Assembly (NCBI GenBank): GCA_025358055.1
Contig: JANYKV010000087.1
Location: 12,797 to 76,796 of the forward strand
DNA from: Gemmatimonadota bacterium
GTDB lineage: Bacteria; Gemmatimonadota; Gemmatimonadetes; Gemmatimonadales; GWC2-71-9
Direction: 5' to 3'
DNA length: 64,000 bases
Part shown: in pieces, positions 1-10,066 of the stretch
How the letters are laid out: the number at the start of each line of letters is the position of its first letter
Numbering within the stretch: the first letter of the stretch is position 1
Notes under the pieces: generated by a model
Database searches by the model: none
The model's input: the letters and a program-made list of their open reading frames with translations, nothing else
Told to the model about the DNA's origin: nothing
Position numbers and translations under genes: made by a program

Positions 1-1
1 G

Positions 2-421
2 GGCGGGCACTTGGCGGATATCGTCCCCGCTCACGACAGCGGTGGAGGTCGTGGCATTGCGGCGTTCGATCCCAGTCGCCTGACCCGTGACCACCAACTC
101 GTCGAGTTTGAAGAGATCGTCGGCGAGTTTGACATCGATGGTGGATTGACTGGCGGGCACGGTCACTTCCAGGCGGGCATAGCCAATCGCGCGGACCAGC
201 AGGTGCGCGTCTCCCGCGGGAGCTGCAATGGTGAATTTGCCCTGTGCGTTGGTTCGCACGTTCACCAGGCTTCCGACCACGGAAACGATCGCATCAGCGA
301 CCGGTTGTTCTCCGTTGGCCCGCAGAACTGTCCCGCTGATCTGTCGCTGCTGCGCCTGTAGCGCCACAGGCGATCCGAGCAACGCCAGCAGGAAGACCGC
401 GTTCAACAAACGACGACCCAT
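2..421 (-). CDS. SusC/RagA-like TonB-dependent outer-membrane receptor, N-terminal part (runs off the window)
   Basis: Not in the ORF track. Manual translation from ATG 421 (GGGGGA RBS) gives MGRRLLNAVFLLALLGSPVALQAQQRQISGTV...TNAQGKFTI...LLVRAIGY...KLDELVVTGQATGIERRN: signal peptide, carboxypeptidase-regulatory-like domain, TonB box/plug start. Confidence 0.85.
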   Translation of the reverse strand, partial: MGRRLLNAVFLLALLGSPVALQAQQRQISGTVLRANGEQPVADAIVSVVGSLVNVRTNAQGKFTIAAPAGDAHLLVRAIGYARLEVTVPASQSTIDVKLADDLFKLDELVVTGQATGIERRNATTSTAVVSGDDIRQVPA

Positions 422-481
422 GGTACGTCCCCCCGGTTGAAGAAAAGCGCCGAACACGGAGCTTCGCTCAAATGCCGAGTG

Positions 482-1834
482 CTATAGCTGTGTAGCCACT
501 TCTTGGAATGTCGATTCGAGGCGGCTCAACATCTCGCCGAGCAGCGCCATCGAAATGCCCAGCGCCGGTTCAATCCGAATGACTTGGGCCCTGGAGTAGG
601 TACCCGCAACGAGGACTCCCCGTTTGAACAATCCGCTCGCCACTTTCCAGCCGATTTCCTGCACCGGGAACTCCATCCCAATGAGGAGCCCCTTGCCGTG
701 CGCCTCTTTGAGAACAGCGGGGTATTTGGCGTGAAGTCCAGCGAGCTCACGAAGCAGGTACTCCCCTTTTCGGGCCGCTTGGGCCGGAAGGTCTTCTTCG
801 AGCGTGACCTGGATTGCCGCGAGCCCGGCGGCACAAGCGAGCGGATTCCCTCCGAAGGTGGTGGAGTGGATGATCGGGTTGGGAATCATCACTTCCCAGA
901 TTTTCGCCGTGGAGACAAAGGCGGAAAGCGGCATCACCCCGCCACCGAGCGACTTGCCCATGCACATGATGTCCGGCGCCACATCCCAGTGATCGACCCC
1001 CCACATGCGGCCCGTGCGGCCCATGCCGGTTTGGATTTCGTCCGCAATTAGGAGGGCTCCGTACTTGGTGCACAAGGCTCGGGCCCGGGGCCAGAAGTCG
1101 TCGGGCGGAACCACCCCGCCAGCCTCGCCCTGCACCGGTTCGAGCACCACACCGGCGATCCGATTTCCCACCGCGTCCGAACGCACCAGTTCCGCTTCCA
1201 GCGCGTCCGCATCGCCATACGGAATGAAGCGGACGTCCTGGAGGCCTTCTTGGAAGGGTTCGCGAAAGGAGGCCTTTCCCATGAGCGAGAGCAAGCCCAA
1301 GGACTTCCCGTGGAATCCGCCGATCGTCGAGATGAAGGTGTGCCGCTTGGTATACAGACGCGCCAATTTGACCGCGCCTTCAATGGCATCGGTACCGTTG
1401 TTGATAAAGAAGGAGTTCTGCAAGTCGCCCGGGGTGACGTCAGCGATCACTTTGGCCAGCGCCCCGCGCCAAGGCTCGAGCAACTCCTGGCTATTCAGTG
1501 CCATTCGGCTCAGCTGGGTAGTCACTGCCTGGACAATTTTCGGGTGATTGATGCCCGCGCTGAAGATGCCGTATCCGCCTAAGCAATCGATGTATTCCCG
1601 CCCCAAAAGGTCCTTGAGAACGGATCCCTGCCCCGACCACTCGAGCGCGGCGAATTGCCCCGCCTCCGTGACCGATTTTCGATAACTAATGAACCCGCGG
1701 TTGTAGTACTCGGCGTAGTTTTCGACGGTTTCCGTGATGAACGCGTGCTTTTCTTCGAGGCTCAGACTGTTCGCCGACAACAAGGACAGATACCGCGAGG
1801 TGTGCTGCAGCACTTCGGTATTCGATTTCCGCAA
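482..1834 (-). CDS. patA: Putrescine aminotransferase (class III PLP)
   Basis: YRKSVT...LEWSGQG, DCLGGYG, EPVQGEAG, DEIQTGMGRTG, PLP lysine in GKSLGGG, IRIEP; resembles PatA/YgjG and lies in the pot operon. Confidence 0.85.
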   Translation of the reverse strand: MRKSNTEVLQHTSRYLSLLSANSLSLEEKHAFITETVENYAEYYNRGFISYRKSVTEAGQFAALEWSGQGSVLKDLLGREYIDCLGGYGIFSAGINHPKIVQAVTTQLSRMALNSQELLEPWRGALAKVIADVTPGDLQNSFFINNGTDAIEGAVKLARLYTKRHTFISTIGGFHGKSLGLLSLMGKASFREPFQEGLQDVRFIPYGDADALEAELVRSDAVGNRIAGVVLEPVQGEAGGVVPPDDFWPRARALCTKYGALLIADEIQTGMGRTGRMWGVDHWDVAPDIMCMGKSLGGGVMPLSAFVSTAKIWEVMIPNPIIHSTTFGGNPLACAAGLAAIQVTLEEDLPAQAARKGEYLLRELAGLHAKYPAVLKEAHGKGLLIGMEFPVQEIGWKVASGLFKRGVLVAGTYSRAQVIRIEPALGISMALLGEMLSRLESTFQEVATQL

Positions 1835-1860
1835 TTAATCGGCGCCCCCTTCGGGTTGAC

Positions 1861-2964
1861 TCAGGCGGACTTTATTTCAGTCCAGACTTGATCCCACTCC
1901 GCTGTGGCCTTGCCAAGATCGCGCTGATACTCCAGTCGGGCTAGTTCCTCCTTGGTGGGATAGGGCACCGGATGCGAGATGAGAGGGAGCGCCGCCTGGT
2001 TCGGCGTGCCAAAGCCGGTTTCGTTCGAAATGTCGGCGCCCACCCTCGGCCGGAGGATGTAGTTCATGTACTCATGCGCCGCCCGTTTGTGCCGCGCCGA
2101 ACGAGGAATCGCGAGGGAGTCCGCCCAGAGGGTGCACCCTTCTTTCGGAATGCAGTAGTCCAAGTTCGGCTGCTCGGCGCGGGCTTGGGCCGTGTCGCCG
2201 TTGTAGAGCTGAGCAACCAGGACGTCCCCCGAAATCAGTTGGGCTTTCACCGGGGCGGAAATGTAGGATTTGAGGTTGCCTTTGGCGGTGATCGCTTCGG
2301 CCTTGGCTTGGGCGAGGTCGTGGGGATCGATCGAGTTGAGCGAGTGACCGCCATACCGCAACCACGACCCGATCACATCCCGACCATCATCCATTTGCGT
2401 CATCTTCCCACGAAAGCGCGCGTCGTGGAAAATAGACCAGCTGTCAGGCGTAATGGGCAGTTTGTCCTTCCGGTAGGCAATGCCCGTGTTCCCCCATTGC
2501 CATGGCACGGTATGGGCATTGTCCGGATCAAACACCGGGTTGATGAAGAGGGGGGCGATATTTCCCCAGTCGCTAATGTAGGCGCGGTTCACCCGGGCGA
2601 CGAGACCCAAGGCGACCAGCACCGGAATGGCATAGCCGGACGGGCATATGATGTCGTAGCCCTGGGCACCGGATTGGAGCTTCGCGAGCATTTCCTCATT
2701 GCTTTCGTACGTATCATAGGTCACCGACACTCCGAATTCCTTTTCGAAATTCGGAATCGTAGTGGGCGCGATATAGTCCGACCAACTGTAGATGGCGAGT
2801 TCTTTTTCCATCGGGCCAAGGGGCTTGAGCGGTTCGTGCTCATCCTCCGGTCCCTCGCGACGGCACGCGGTGAGCAGGCTGCCGATCGTACCCAGGCCAA
2901 CGCCCATGGCGGTGGCGCGGTGGACAAACTCCCGCCGGGCGATCCGCTCGTCGACGCTCCTCAT
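1861..2964 (-). CDS. potD: Polyamine ABC transporter substrate-binding protein (Tat/lipoprotein signal)
   Basis: RREF Tat motif and LTAC lipobox; YSWSDYI, YESNEEM, PKEG-xx-W-D PotD/PotF motifs. Confidence 0.9.
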   Translation of the reverse strand: MRSVDERIARREFVHRATAMGVGLGTIGSLLTACRREGPEDEHEPLKPLGPMEKELAIYSWSDYIAPTTIPNFEKEFGVSVTYDTYESNEEMLAKLQSGAQGYDIICPSGYAIPVLVALGLVARVNRAYISDWGNIAPLFINPVFDPDNAHTVPWQWGNTGIAYRKDKLPITPDSWSIFHDARFRGKMTQMDDGRDVIGSWLRYGGHSLNSIDPHDLAQAKAEAITAKGNLKSYISAPVKAQLISGDVLVAQLYNGDTAQARAEQPNLDYCIPKEGCTLWADSLAIPRSARHKRAAHEYMNYILRPRVGADISNETGFGTPNQAALPLISHPVPYPTKEELARLEYQRDLGKATAEWDQVWTEIKSA

Positions 2965-3755
2965 GCTCTTGTCCCCGGCAATGGCCTTTCGCGGGTCAGC
3001 CTCTCCGACAGATAGAGCAGCAGCGTCGTCAGCACCAGGATGATCGTGCTAATCGCGTTAATGCTGGGCTCGATGTTCTTCCGCACCATACTGTATACGA
3101 CCATGGGCAGGGTAGTCGACCCGGGACCGGACACGAACGAAGTGATGACGTAGTCGTCGAACGACATCGTGAAGGCCAGCAGGGCGCCAGCCATGATCCC
3201 GGGCAAGAGTTGGGGAACCGTGATCCTCCAGAACGTAGTAATTTCATCGGCGCCGAGAATCATGGCCGCCTCTTCGAGGGTCCGGTCCATGCCTTCGAGT
3301 CGCGCGAGCACCACAATCACCACGAATGAGATGCTGAAGGCCACGTGGGCCACAACGATCGTGCCCAGCCCAAGTGGAAACCCGATCAGCACGAATAAAA
3401 TCAGAAGAGAGATGCCCACAACGATCTCCGGAGTCACCACGGGAACGTAGAGGAGACCTTCCATGAGGGTTCGCCCGCGAAAGCGATGGCGGCCCACGGC
3501 CAGCGCGATGAGGGTTCCCAAGAGGGTCGATACGACCGTCGAAATGGCGCCCACGATGAGGCTCGCGCGAAGGCCGCGCAAAATGTCTCCCCGCTCGAGC
3601 AGACGACGATACCACTGGAAGGTGAACGAGGTCCATTCCACCGAGAATTTGGACGCGTTGAACGAAAATGCTACGAGCACGAAGATCGGCAGATGCAGAA
3701 AGAAATACACGAGCGCCGTGAGGGCGATGAGCCACTTAGGCAATCGGGACCCCAC
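2961..3755 (-). CDS. potC: Polyamine ABC transporter permease
   Basis: SFN, PEIVVG, LEEAAMILGA EAA loop, SFDDYVIT; overlaps the potD start. Confidence 0.9.
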   Translation of the reverse strand: MGSRLPKWLIALTALVYFFLHLPIFVLVAFSFNASKFSVEWTSFTFQWYRRLLERGDILRGLRASLIVGAISTVVSTLLGTLIALAVGRHRFRGRTLMEGLLYVPVVTPEIVVGISLLILFVLIGFPLGLGTIVVAHVAFSISFVVIVVLARLEGMDRTLEEAAMILGADEITTFWRITVPQLLPGIMAGALLAFTMSFDDYVITSFVSGPGSTTLPMVVYSMVRKNIEPSINAISTIILVLTTLLLYLSERLTRERPLPGTRA

Positions 3756-3756
3756 G

Positions 3757-4641
3757 TCACCGCCCCCCGTCGGCAGCGCGATCCTTGACGCGGAGGTAGG
3801 TCACGACGGCCAGCAACACCAGCGCCATCACAATGAACGACGCGGCCGATCCGAACGGCCAATTGCGGGCCGAAGCGAACTGGTTCTGCACCAGGTTGCC
3901 GATCATCATTTCCTTCGCGCCACCCAGCAAGTCGGACGTCAGAAACGACCCGAGCGCGGGAATGAAGACCAGCAAACATCCCGCGACCAGGCCGGGGAGG
4001 GAAAGCGGAAGCGTCACCCGCCAGAACCGCGCGACAGGCCGGGCGCCAAGCACTTCCGCCGCTTCCAGGAGCGAAAGGTCGAGTTTTTCCAGGGAGGCGT
4101 AGATCGGCAGGATCATGAAGGGAAGAAAGCCGTAGACCAATCCCGTCATGACCGCGAACGGCGTATAGAGAATGGCGATCGGGTGGGAGATGAGCCCCAA
4201 CTTGAGCAACACGCTATTGATGAGACCCGTATCGCGCATCAGGAAAATCATGGCGAAGGTCCGCACCAAAAAGCTGGTCCAGAACGGCAACACGACCAGA
4301 AACATGAGCAGGCTCTTCCACTTTCCGCTCCGGGCGATCACATACGCCACCGGATATCCCAACAAAAGACAGATTGTGGTGCAAAGGAGGGAGACGAAGA
4401 AAGTCCGACTCAAAATGGCGAGATAGATCTTTTCGAAAAACCGGCGGTAGTGTTCGAGCGTGAAACCGGCCTCGACCCCGCCATAGGTGCCGCGGGGCAT
4501 GAGACTGTAGGCAAACATGATGAGGAGCGGCACCAGGAAGAACAGCAATAGCCAGAGGATGCCCGGACTGAGCAGGCTCCACACTTTGGCCGTGGGTCGA
4601 TGATAGAGCCAGGCGAGTGCGCGCTCTCGCACCCCTGCCAT
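3757..4641 (-). CDS. potB: Polyamine ABC transporter permease
   Basis: LGYPVAY, PFWTSFLVR, LPFMILPIY, EAAEVLGA, RNWPFGSA. Confidence 0.9.
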   Translation of the reverse strand: MAGVRERALAWLYHRPTAKVWSLLSPGILWLLLFFLVPLLIMFAYSLMPRGTYGGVEAGFTLEHYRRFFEKIYLAILSRTFFVSLLCTTICLLLGYPVAYVIARSGKWKSLLMFLVVLPFWTSFLVRTFAMIFLMRDTGLINSVLLKLGLISHPIAILYTPFAVMTGLVYGFLPFMILPIYASLEKLDLSLLEAAEVLGARPVARFWRVTLPLSLPGLVAGCLLVFIPALGSFLTSDLLGGAKEMMIGNLVQNQFASARNWPFGSAASFIVMALVLLAVVTYLRVKDRAADGGR

Positions 4642-5760
4642 TTAGGTATCCTCCAGCACTTGGCAATCCTCGGGGAGCCAGGCCACGACCCCGGCATCCC
4701 CCCGACGCCAGGGCAGCGGCTTGAGGAGTTGGCCTTCGTTCCGGACGGCGACGGTGACCTCATCCCCGCCGGCAACCCGCACCAGGACGTGGATGGTTTC
4801 GCCGAGGTAGATGACGTTCTGAACTTCGCAGTCGAGAACATTTTCCCCGGCGGGCCTGGTACCGGCGCGGAGCAGATCGAGCCATTCGGGGCGAACGGCG
4901 ATTTGGACCTCCTGCCCCGCCACAATTTTGGCGTGGGAGGGGACCCGGAATCGTTCCAGCCCGCTTCGCTCCACCTCCCAGGCCCCGTCGACTTGGCGAA
5001 CGGCCTTCCCTCGAAAAAAATTCGATTCCCCAATGAACTTGGCGACAAACGCAGTTCGGGGATTCTCGTAGATCTCCGCCGGACTCCCGAGCTGGGCGAT
5101 ACGCGCGTTGTCCATGACCGCAATGCGATCGGACATTGTGAGCGCTTCTTCTTGATCGTGGGTGACGTAGACGAAAGTGATGCCGAGGCGCTGATTGAGC
5201 GACTTGAGCTCGAGCTGCATTTCCTTGCGCAGCTTGAGGTCGATCGCGCCGAGCGGCTCGTCCAGGAGCAGAATCGATGGCTCGAGGACCAACGCGCGGG
5301 CGAGTGCCACCCGCTGTCTCTGGCCACCCGAGAGTTGCGCCGGCATGCGTCGGGCAAATGTGTCGGGGGCGAGGCGAACGAGGTCGAGGGCACCACGGAC
5401 CCGGTTGCCAATTTCCTTTTTCGGTGTTTTCCGCTGTTCGAGGCCGAAGGCGACGTTGCGCTCGACCGATAGATGGGGGAAAAGGGCGTAGTTCTGAAAG
5501 ACCATGGAGAGTCGCCGCTCATAGGGCCGCTTCCGGTTCACCACTTCGCCGAGGAGGCGAACCTCACCCCCATCCTCGTCCGGTTGCTCGAACCCGGCCA
5601 AGAGACGCAGGGTCGTGGTTTTGCCGCACCCCGAAGGTCCGAGAATCGAGAAGAACTCGCCGGTTCGGATCTCGAACGAGATGTTGTTGACCGCCTTCGC
5701 ATCTCCGAAACTCTTGGACACGTTGATGAACTGGACCACCGGCTGGTCGGAAGAATTCAC
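4642..5760 (-). CDS. potA: Polyamine ABC transporter ATP-binding protein
   Basis: GPSGCGKT Walker A, FQNYALFPH, LSGGQRQR, LLLDEP, THDQEEA, TOBE-like C-terminus. Confidence 0.92.
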   Translation of the reverse strand: MNSSDQPVVQFINVSKSFGDAKAVNNISFEIRTGEFFSILGPSGCGKTTTLRLLAGFEQPDEDGGEVRLLGEVVNRKRPYERRLSMVFQNYALFPHLSVERNVAFGLEQRKTPKKEIGNRVRGALDLVRLAPDTFARRMPAQLSGGQRQRVALARALVLEPSILLLDEPLGAIDLKLRKEMQLELKSLNQRLGITFVYVTHDQEEALTMSDRIAVMDNARIAQLGSPAEIYENPRTAFVAKFIGESNFFRGKAVRQVDGAWEVERSGLERFRVPSHAKIVAGQEVQIAVRPEWLDLLRAGTRPAGENVLDCEVQNVIYLGETIHVLVRVAGGDEVTVAVRNEGQLLKPLPWRRGDAGVVAWLPEDCQVLEDT

Positions 5761-5771
5761 GTGGATCCCCG

Positions 5772-7109
5772 CTACACTTGAGTCGCGGCGGTGAGCGCCT
5801 GCTCCATAACCGCCAAGCCTTCCGCCAACACTTCATCCTCGATGGTGAGAGGCACCAAGATGCGCAACACGTTTCCGTAGGTTCCGGCGGAGAGAAGGAT
5901 CAGGCCGCGCTTGAGCGCCTCGCTCTGCACCCTGCCGGTCAGAGATTTCGCCGGCTCCTTGGTTTTGCGATCGGTGACCAGCTCCATGGCGACCATGGCG
6001 CCGAGGCCCCGGACGTCGCCAATGCATGAAAATTGGTTGGCCCAGCCGCAAAACTGCTCTCGGATGAGGCCTCCGATCCGCTCGCCGCGGGCGGAGATTT
6101 TCTCCTTTTCCATCACATCGAGAACCGCCAAGGCGGCGGCGCAAGCGAGCGGATTCCCGCCGTAGGTGCCTCCCAAGCCCCCCGGATGTACCGCATCAAG
6201 CAGATCGGCGCGCCCGGTAACCGCCGCGAGCGGAAGGCCCGCAGCAAGCGATTTCGCGGTGACGAGGAGGTCGGGCACCAAGCCGTAGTGCTCCGAGGCG
6301 AACAGGTTCCCGGTCCGCCCGAATCCGGTTTGAATCTCGTCCGCGATGAGGACGATGCCGTGGGCTTTGGCAAACGCGGCGAGCGCGCGCACGTATTCGA
6401 GGGGGGCTGGCACAAAACCGCCCTCCCCAAGCTGGAGCTCGATGATGATGGCCGCCACGGAGTCAGGATCGACCAGACCGACGAAGGCTCGTTCCAAGGC
6501 GGATTCGTTGGCCAAGCAGCAGGCCCCTTTGTCCCCGGGCGCAGAGCACCGGTAGCAGTAGGGAAATGGGATTCGATACACTTCGGGCGCGAAGGGTCCG
6601 AAGCCCTTCTTGTACGGCATCACCTTGGCCGTGAGAGCCATGCCCAGATTGGTGCGTCCGTGGAACGCATGTTCGAAACACACGATCGCGGTCCGCCCCG
6701 TAGCATATCGAGCCACCTTGACGGCGTTCTCGACCGCCTCAGCACCGGTGTTGACGAAGAAGGTGCGCTTCGCATGAGTCCCCGGTGTGATCGCATTCAG
6801 GCGCTCGGCCAGCGCAACATAGGGTTCGTAGCTGGCAACCGTGAAACAAGTGTGCGTAAAATGATCGAGCTGAGCGCGCACCGCCTCGACGACCGCGGGG
6901 TGGCGGTGACCGGTGTTCACGACGCCAATCCCTCCACCGAAATCGATCAGCCGATTGCCGTCGGCATCGGTGACCAACGCGCCTTCAGCATGAATCACCG
7001 CAAGCCCGGTTGACGATGGGATTCCACGCGGCACGGCCTGCTCCTTACGTGCGGCAAGGGCCCGGCTGGCGGGGCCGGGAATGACGGTGGCGAGTTTGAT
7101 GGCCGGCAT
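5772..7109 (-). CDS. gabT: 4-aminobutyrate aminotransferase
   Basis: IDFGGGIGV, TGAEAVENAVK, FHGRT, YKKGFGP, GEGGF, AKSLA, GGLGGTYGGNP; likely ATG 7109 with GAGG RBS. Confidence 0.9.
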   Translation of the reverse strand: MPAIKLATVIPGPASRALAARKEQAVPRGIPSSTGLAVIHAEGALVTDADGNRLIDFGGGIGVVNTGHRHPAVVEAVRAQLDHFTHTCFTVASYEPYVALAERLNAITPGTHAKRTFFVNTGAEAVENAVKVARYATGRTAIVCFEHAFHGRTNLGMALTAKVMPYKKGFGPFAPEVYRIPFPYCYRCSAPGDKGACCLANESALERAFVGLVDPDSVAAIIIELQLGEGGFVPAPLEYVRALAAFAKAHGIVLIADEIQTGFGRTGNLFASEHYGLVPDLLVTAKSLAAGLPLAAVTGRADLLDAVHPGGLGGTYGGNPLACAAALAVLDVMEKEKISARGERIGGLIREQFCGWANQFSCIGDVRGLGAMVAMELVTDRKTKEPAKSLTGRVQSEALKRGLILLSAGTYGNVLRILVPLTIEDEVLAEGLAVMEQALTAATQV

Positions 7110-7289
7110 CGGAACCTCAAGAACGGGGCGAACGCAGTGGGGACCGCGAAAAGATACACTCAATTCGAGTGACCGTCGATCGACTGCGTATGACCCTCAC
7201 TCGGGCCGGGAGCGCCCTGATCTGGGAAAAGCATGCGGAAGCCGCGCGGGTCGATACAGCGCCTGGTCGCCGCCGTTAAACTGTTGGTG

Positions 7290-7370
7290 CACAACGTGAT
7301 CGAACAAACAAACGCGACGATTCTCGTCTCATATTTCATTTTCTTGGATCACAAATCTGCTTTGCTCATT
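7290..7370. promoter_or_regulatory. AT-rich divergent promoter region with small inverted repeats
   Basis: AT-rich patch between divergent gabT and the dehydrogenase gene; GACGA-TTC-TCGTC inverted repeat at 7316-7328, flanked by GTGATC...GATCAC. Confidence 0.35.
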
Positions 7371-7581
7371 CACTCGGGCTGGACAAACAGGGGGGGAGGC
7401 GGGCTAGACTGGGAGTGCCTTCCCCGCCACGGCGGGGGGGGTGTTTGCATCCTCCGACAAGCGGAGGGTCCACTCTCGCGACTGACTTTCTCCTTGAGTC
7501 GCGAGCCCCCATCAGCGGCGGGGGCGAGGCCAGGTAATTCGGCCAGACCGAGTGCCGCGCCAACAATGAAAAGAGGAGTTT

Positions 7582-8817
7582 GTGAAAGTCCTGGTCTTGG
7601 GCGCCGGCGCGGTGGGGACCGTGTCCGCCCTCAAATTCCGTCACTCGGCCCTGCTCGAGCAGCTCGTCATCGCCGATGTGAATTCCGCCCGTGCCACTCT
7701 CCTGGCGGATCGATTGAATGACCCACGAGTACGCCCGCTCACGCTCAACGCCGGGGATGAAGCGGCAGTCGCCCGCGCGATCCGCGACACCGGCACCACG
7801 ATCCTGCTCAACGCGGCTCTGCCCGCCACCAACATGCAGGTGATGCGGGCGTGCCTCGACGCCGGATCCGACTACATCGACATGGCGAGCGCGGGCACCG
7901 ATGCGGATGGTCTCCCTAAAATGGACGACCAATTTGCGCTGGACGCGGCCTTCCGGTCCGCCGGCCGCATGGCCCTGCTGGGCATGGGCGCCGACCCGGG
8001 CACAACCAATATCTACGCCGCGTATGCGGCCAAGCACCTGCTGGACACCGTCACCGAGATTCGAGTGCGCGATGGTGACAACTCGATTTGCCAAGGCCAC
8101 GATGGCTTCATCGCCGCGTTCAGCCCCTGGGTGTTCATCGATGAGTGCTTATGTCAGGCGGTCAGTTACCGCGATGGCGCGTATCGTCTCGAAGAACCGT
8201 TGACGGGGCGGGAAGCCTTCGATTTCCCTGAACTCGGCGTGCTCAATTGCTACTACGTCGACCATGAGGAATCCAAGACCCTCCCTCGATTTTTCCCCAA
8301 CGCGCGAGTCATCGATTTCAAGCTCTGCATGGACGAGGTCACGTACCACACGTTGCGTGTCCTGAAGCAACTTGGCCTCTCCCGCACCGAGCTCATTTCC
8401 GTGAATGGGGCGAACGTCGCGCCGCGCGATGTAGTTGTTTCGCTGCTGCCGCAACCCAGCGATCTCGCCGGACGGATGCGAGGGAAGACGTGTGTCGGAA
8501 CGTTGGTTCGGGGGCTCAAGAACGGATATGAGCGGGCCTACTACATCTACAACGTTGCGGATCACGAGCAGGTATACCGAACTATGGGCGTGCAAGCGAC
8601 CGCCTACCAAACCGGGATCCCTCCAGTGATCGCCGCGGAATTGATTCAGGAAGGAATCTGGAATGGCTTCGGGGTCATGTCGCCTGAGCAATTCGACCCT
8701 GACCCGTTCTTAGAGCGGATGGGCCCGGCGGGCCTGGCTTGGCGGGTGCGGGAGGAAGGGGTTCCGAACCCAGTTGGTGCGGAGCAGACAGAGTTTCACG
8801 CGGTCCTGGTGGCATGA
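7582..8817 (+). CDS. Saccharopine dehydrogenase family protein, carboxy(nor)spermidine dehydrogenase-like
   Basis: GAGAVG Rossmann motif, GADPGTTNIYAAYAAKH, HEE, PRDVV...LPQP, GKTCVG, QATAYQTGIP, PEQFDPDPFL; GTG start with GAGGAG RBS. Confidence 0.8.
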   Translation: MKVLVLGAGAVGTVSALKFRHSALLEQLVIADVNSARATLLADRLNDPRVRPLTLNAGDEAAVARAIRDTGTTILLNAALPATNMQVMRACLDAGSDYIDMASAGTDADGLPKMDDQFALDAAFRSAGRMALLGMGADPGTTNIYAAYAAKHLLDTVTEIRVRDGDNSICQGHDGFIAAFSPWVFIDECLCQAVSYRDGAYRLEEPLTGREAFDFPELGVLNCYYVDHEESKTLPRFFPNARVIDFKLCMDEVTYHTLRVLKQLGLSRTELISVNGANVAPRDVVVSLLPQPSDLAGRMRGKTCVGTLVRGLKNGYERAYYIYNVADHEQVYRTMGVQATAYQTGIPPVIAAELIQEGIWNGFGVMSPEQFDPDPFLERMGPAGLAWRVREEGVPNPVGAEQTEFHAVLVA

Positions 8818-8919
8818 TCCTAGTTATACGGACAGATTCAGGATTCGATAACGGACGACCCAGGGAACGCGACAATGACGGCACGCTGAAGCACCGACCT
8901 TGGAAAATGGAGTCCGTTG

Positions 8920-9285
8920 ATGAGCATTCGACGAGTTGTGCCGGACATCAAGTCCCAGCATCTCGCGGAAAGCCGTGCGTTCTACGTTGACTTCCTGGGC
9001 TTGGAACTGGCGATGGACATGGGATTTGTCATGACGTTCGTATCGCCGAGCAATCCGACAGCCCAGATCAGTGTCGTGCGGGATGACCGTGGTTCAACGC
9101 TGCTGCCGGATCTGAGCGTCGAAGTGGCCGACGTCAATCAAGTGCACAAACGTGCCGTCGAACGCGGCCCCGAGATCGTCTACCCGCTCACTGACGAGCC
9201 ATGGGGCGTTCGTCGCTTCTTCGCGGTCGATCCGAATGGGACTATTTTGAACATTCTCAGCCACCTGCCTGCTGAATCGAAATGA
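8920..9285 (+). CDS. VOC/glyoxalase family protein
   Basis: FYVDFLGL, DLSVEVADV, YPLTDEPWGVRRFF..DPNG. Confidence 0.88.
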   Translation: MSIRRVVPDIKSQHLAESRAFYVDFLGLELAMDMGFVMTFVSPSNPTAQISVVRDDRGSTLLPDLSVEVADVNQVHKRAVERGPEIVYPLTDEPWGVRRFFAVDPNGTILNILSHLPAESK

Positions 9286-9390
9286 AGACCCGTTAACAGC
9301 AGTGAAACGCCGGGCGAGTGAGTGTCGGTGCGAAGCAGACGCGAACGGCCGTATGACATCCGAATAGGCAGTGCTCACGGTCCGAGGACA

Positions 9391-9807
9391 ATGCCCAGAG
9401 TCGCCGTGTCCCCAGCCATCCTCGAAACATTGCTCAGCGAGTGCCTCTCCTCTGGTGCCGCCCCGCAGGCAGCGACCCGTCATGGCGCGCTGCGGCTGGT
9501 GAGTGACTTCATGGGCTGCTGGGCTCTTACGATGTCGGGAGAACTGGTATTCATTCCCCATGATGACCCTGACCCAATCGAGCCGGTCTCCGACCACCCC
9601 GTCGACAAGCTCGGGATACACTTCGCGCTGGCCGAGGGAAGCCGTCGCTACCCCAGCTTGGAATCAATTCGCTCCGTTCGGACGCCCGAGGCGGTCGCAT
9701 GCACCATGTGCGATGGTTCCGGGCGACGCCCCGAGTGGCCGCCGAACGTCTCTTGCGCCTGCGGCGGCCTTGGCTGGTTGCCTCCCGCATGGCCTGGCTC
9801 TGGCTAG
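9391..9807 (+). CDS. Hypothetical protein with C-terminal CxxCxGxG...CxCGGxG zinc-finger-like motif
   Basis: ATG 9391 with GAGG RBS; CTMCDGSG...CACGGLGW. Confidence 0.6.
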   Translation: MPRVAVSPAILETLLSECLSSGAAPQAATRHGALRLVSDFMGCWALTMSGELVFIPHDDPDPIEPVSDHPVDKLGIHFALAEGSRRYPSLESIRSVRTPEAVACTMCDGSGRRPEWPPNVSCACGGLGWLPPAWPGSG

Positions 9808-10027
9808 CCGACGGGTGAGATCGAGCGTGAGCGTCGTGGCGCGCCGGTACGCATTGTGCTCTGCACTACCCTCCCTGCGACTTGGTCCTTGGATCAGAAA
9901 TGCCCGCAACTGAGAGTGGGCGGCCATCAGACTGGTGCCCCGGTTTCGCGCCACCGGAAATCCGACACTGGTTGCCTGGTAGCGCGGCCGGGCCATCGAA
10001 CCGCGCGTGCTTGGCAACCAGCCTCGG

Positions 10028-10061
10028 CTGCCGTATATTTGTGTCATTCTCTATACGGCAG
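10028..10061. promoter_or_regulatory. Perfect 10-bp inverted repeat, probable TA autoregulatory operator
   Basis: CTGCCGTATA-N14-TATACGGCAG ending 5 bp before the antitoxin ATG. Confidence 0.6.
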
Positions 10062-10066
10062 GCAGC

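Noticed and set aside
7345-7362. Sigma-54 promoter (TGGATC...CTGC)
   Set aside because: The GG-to-GC spacing is one base off the strict -24/-12 consensus.
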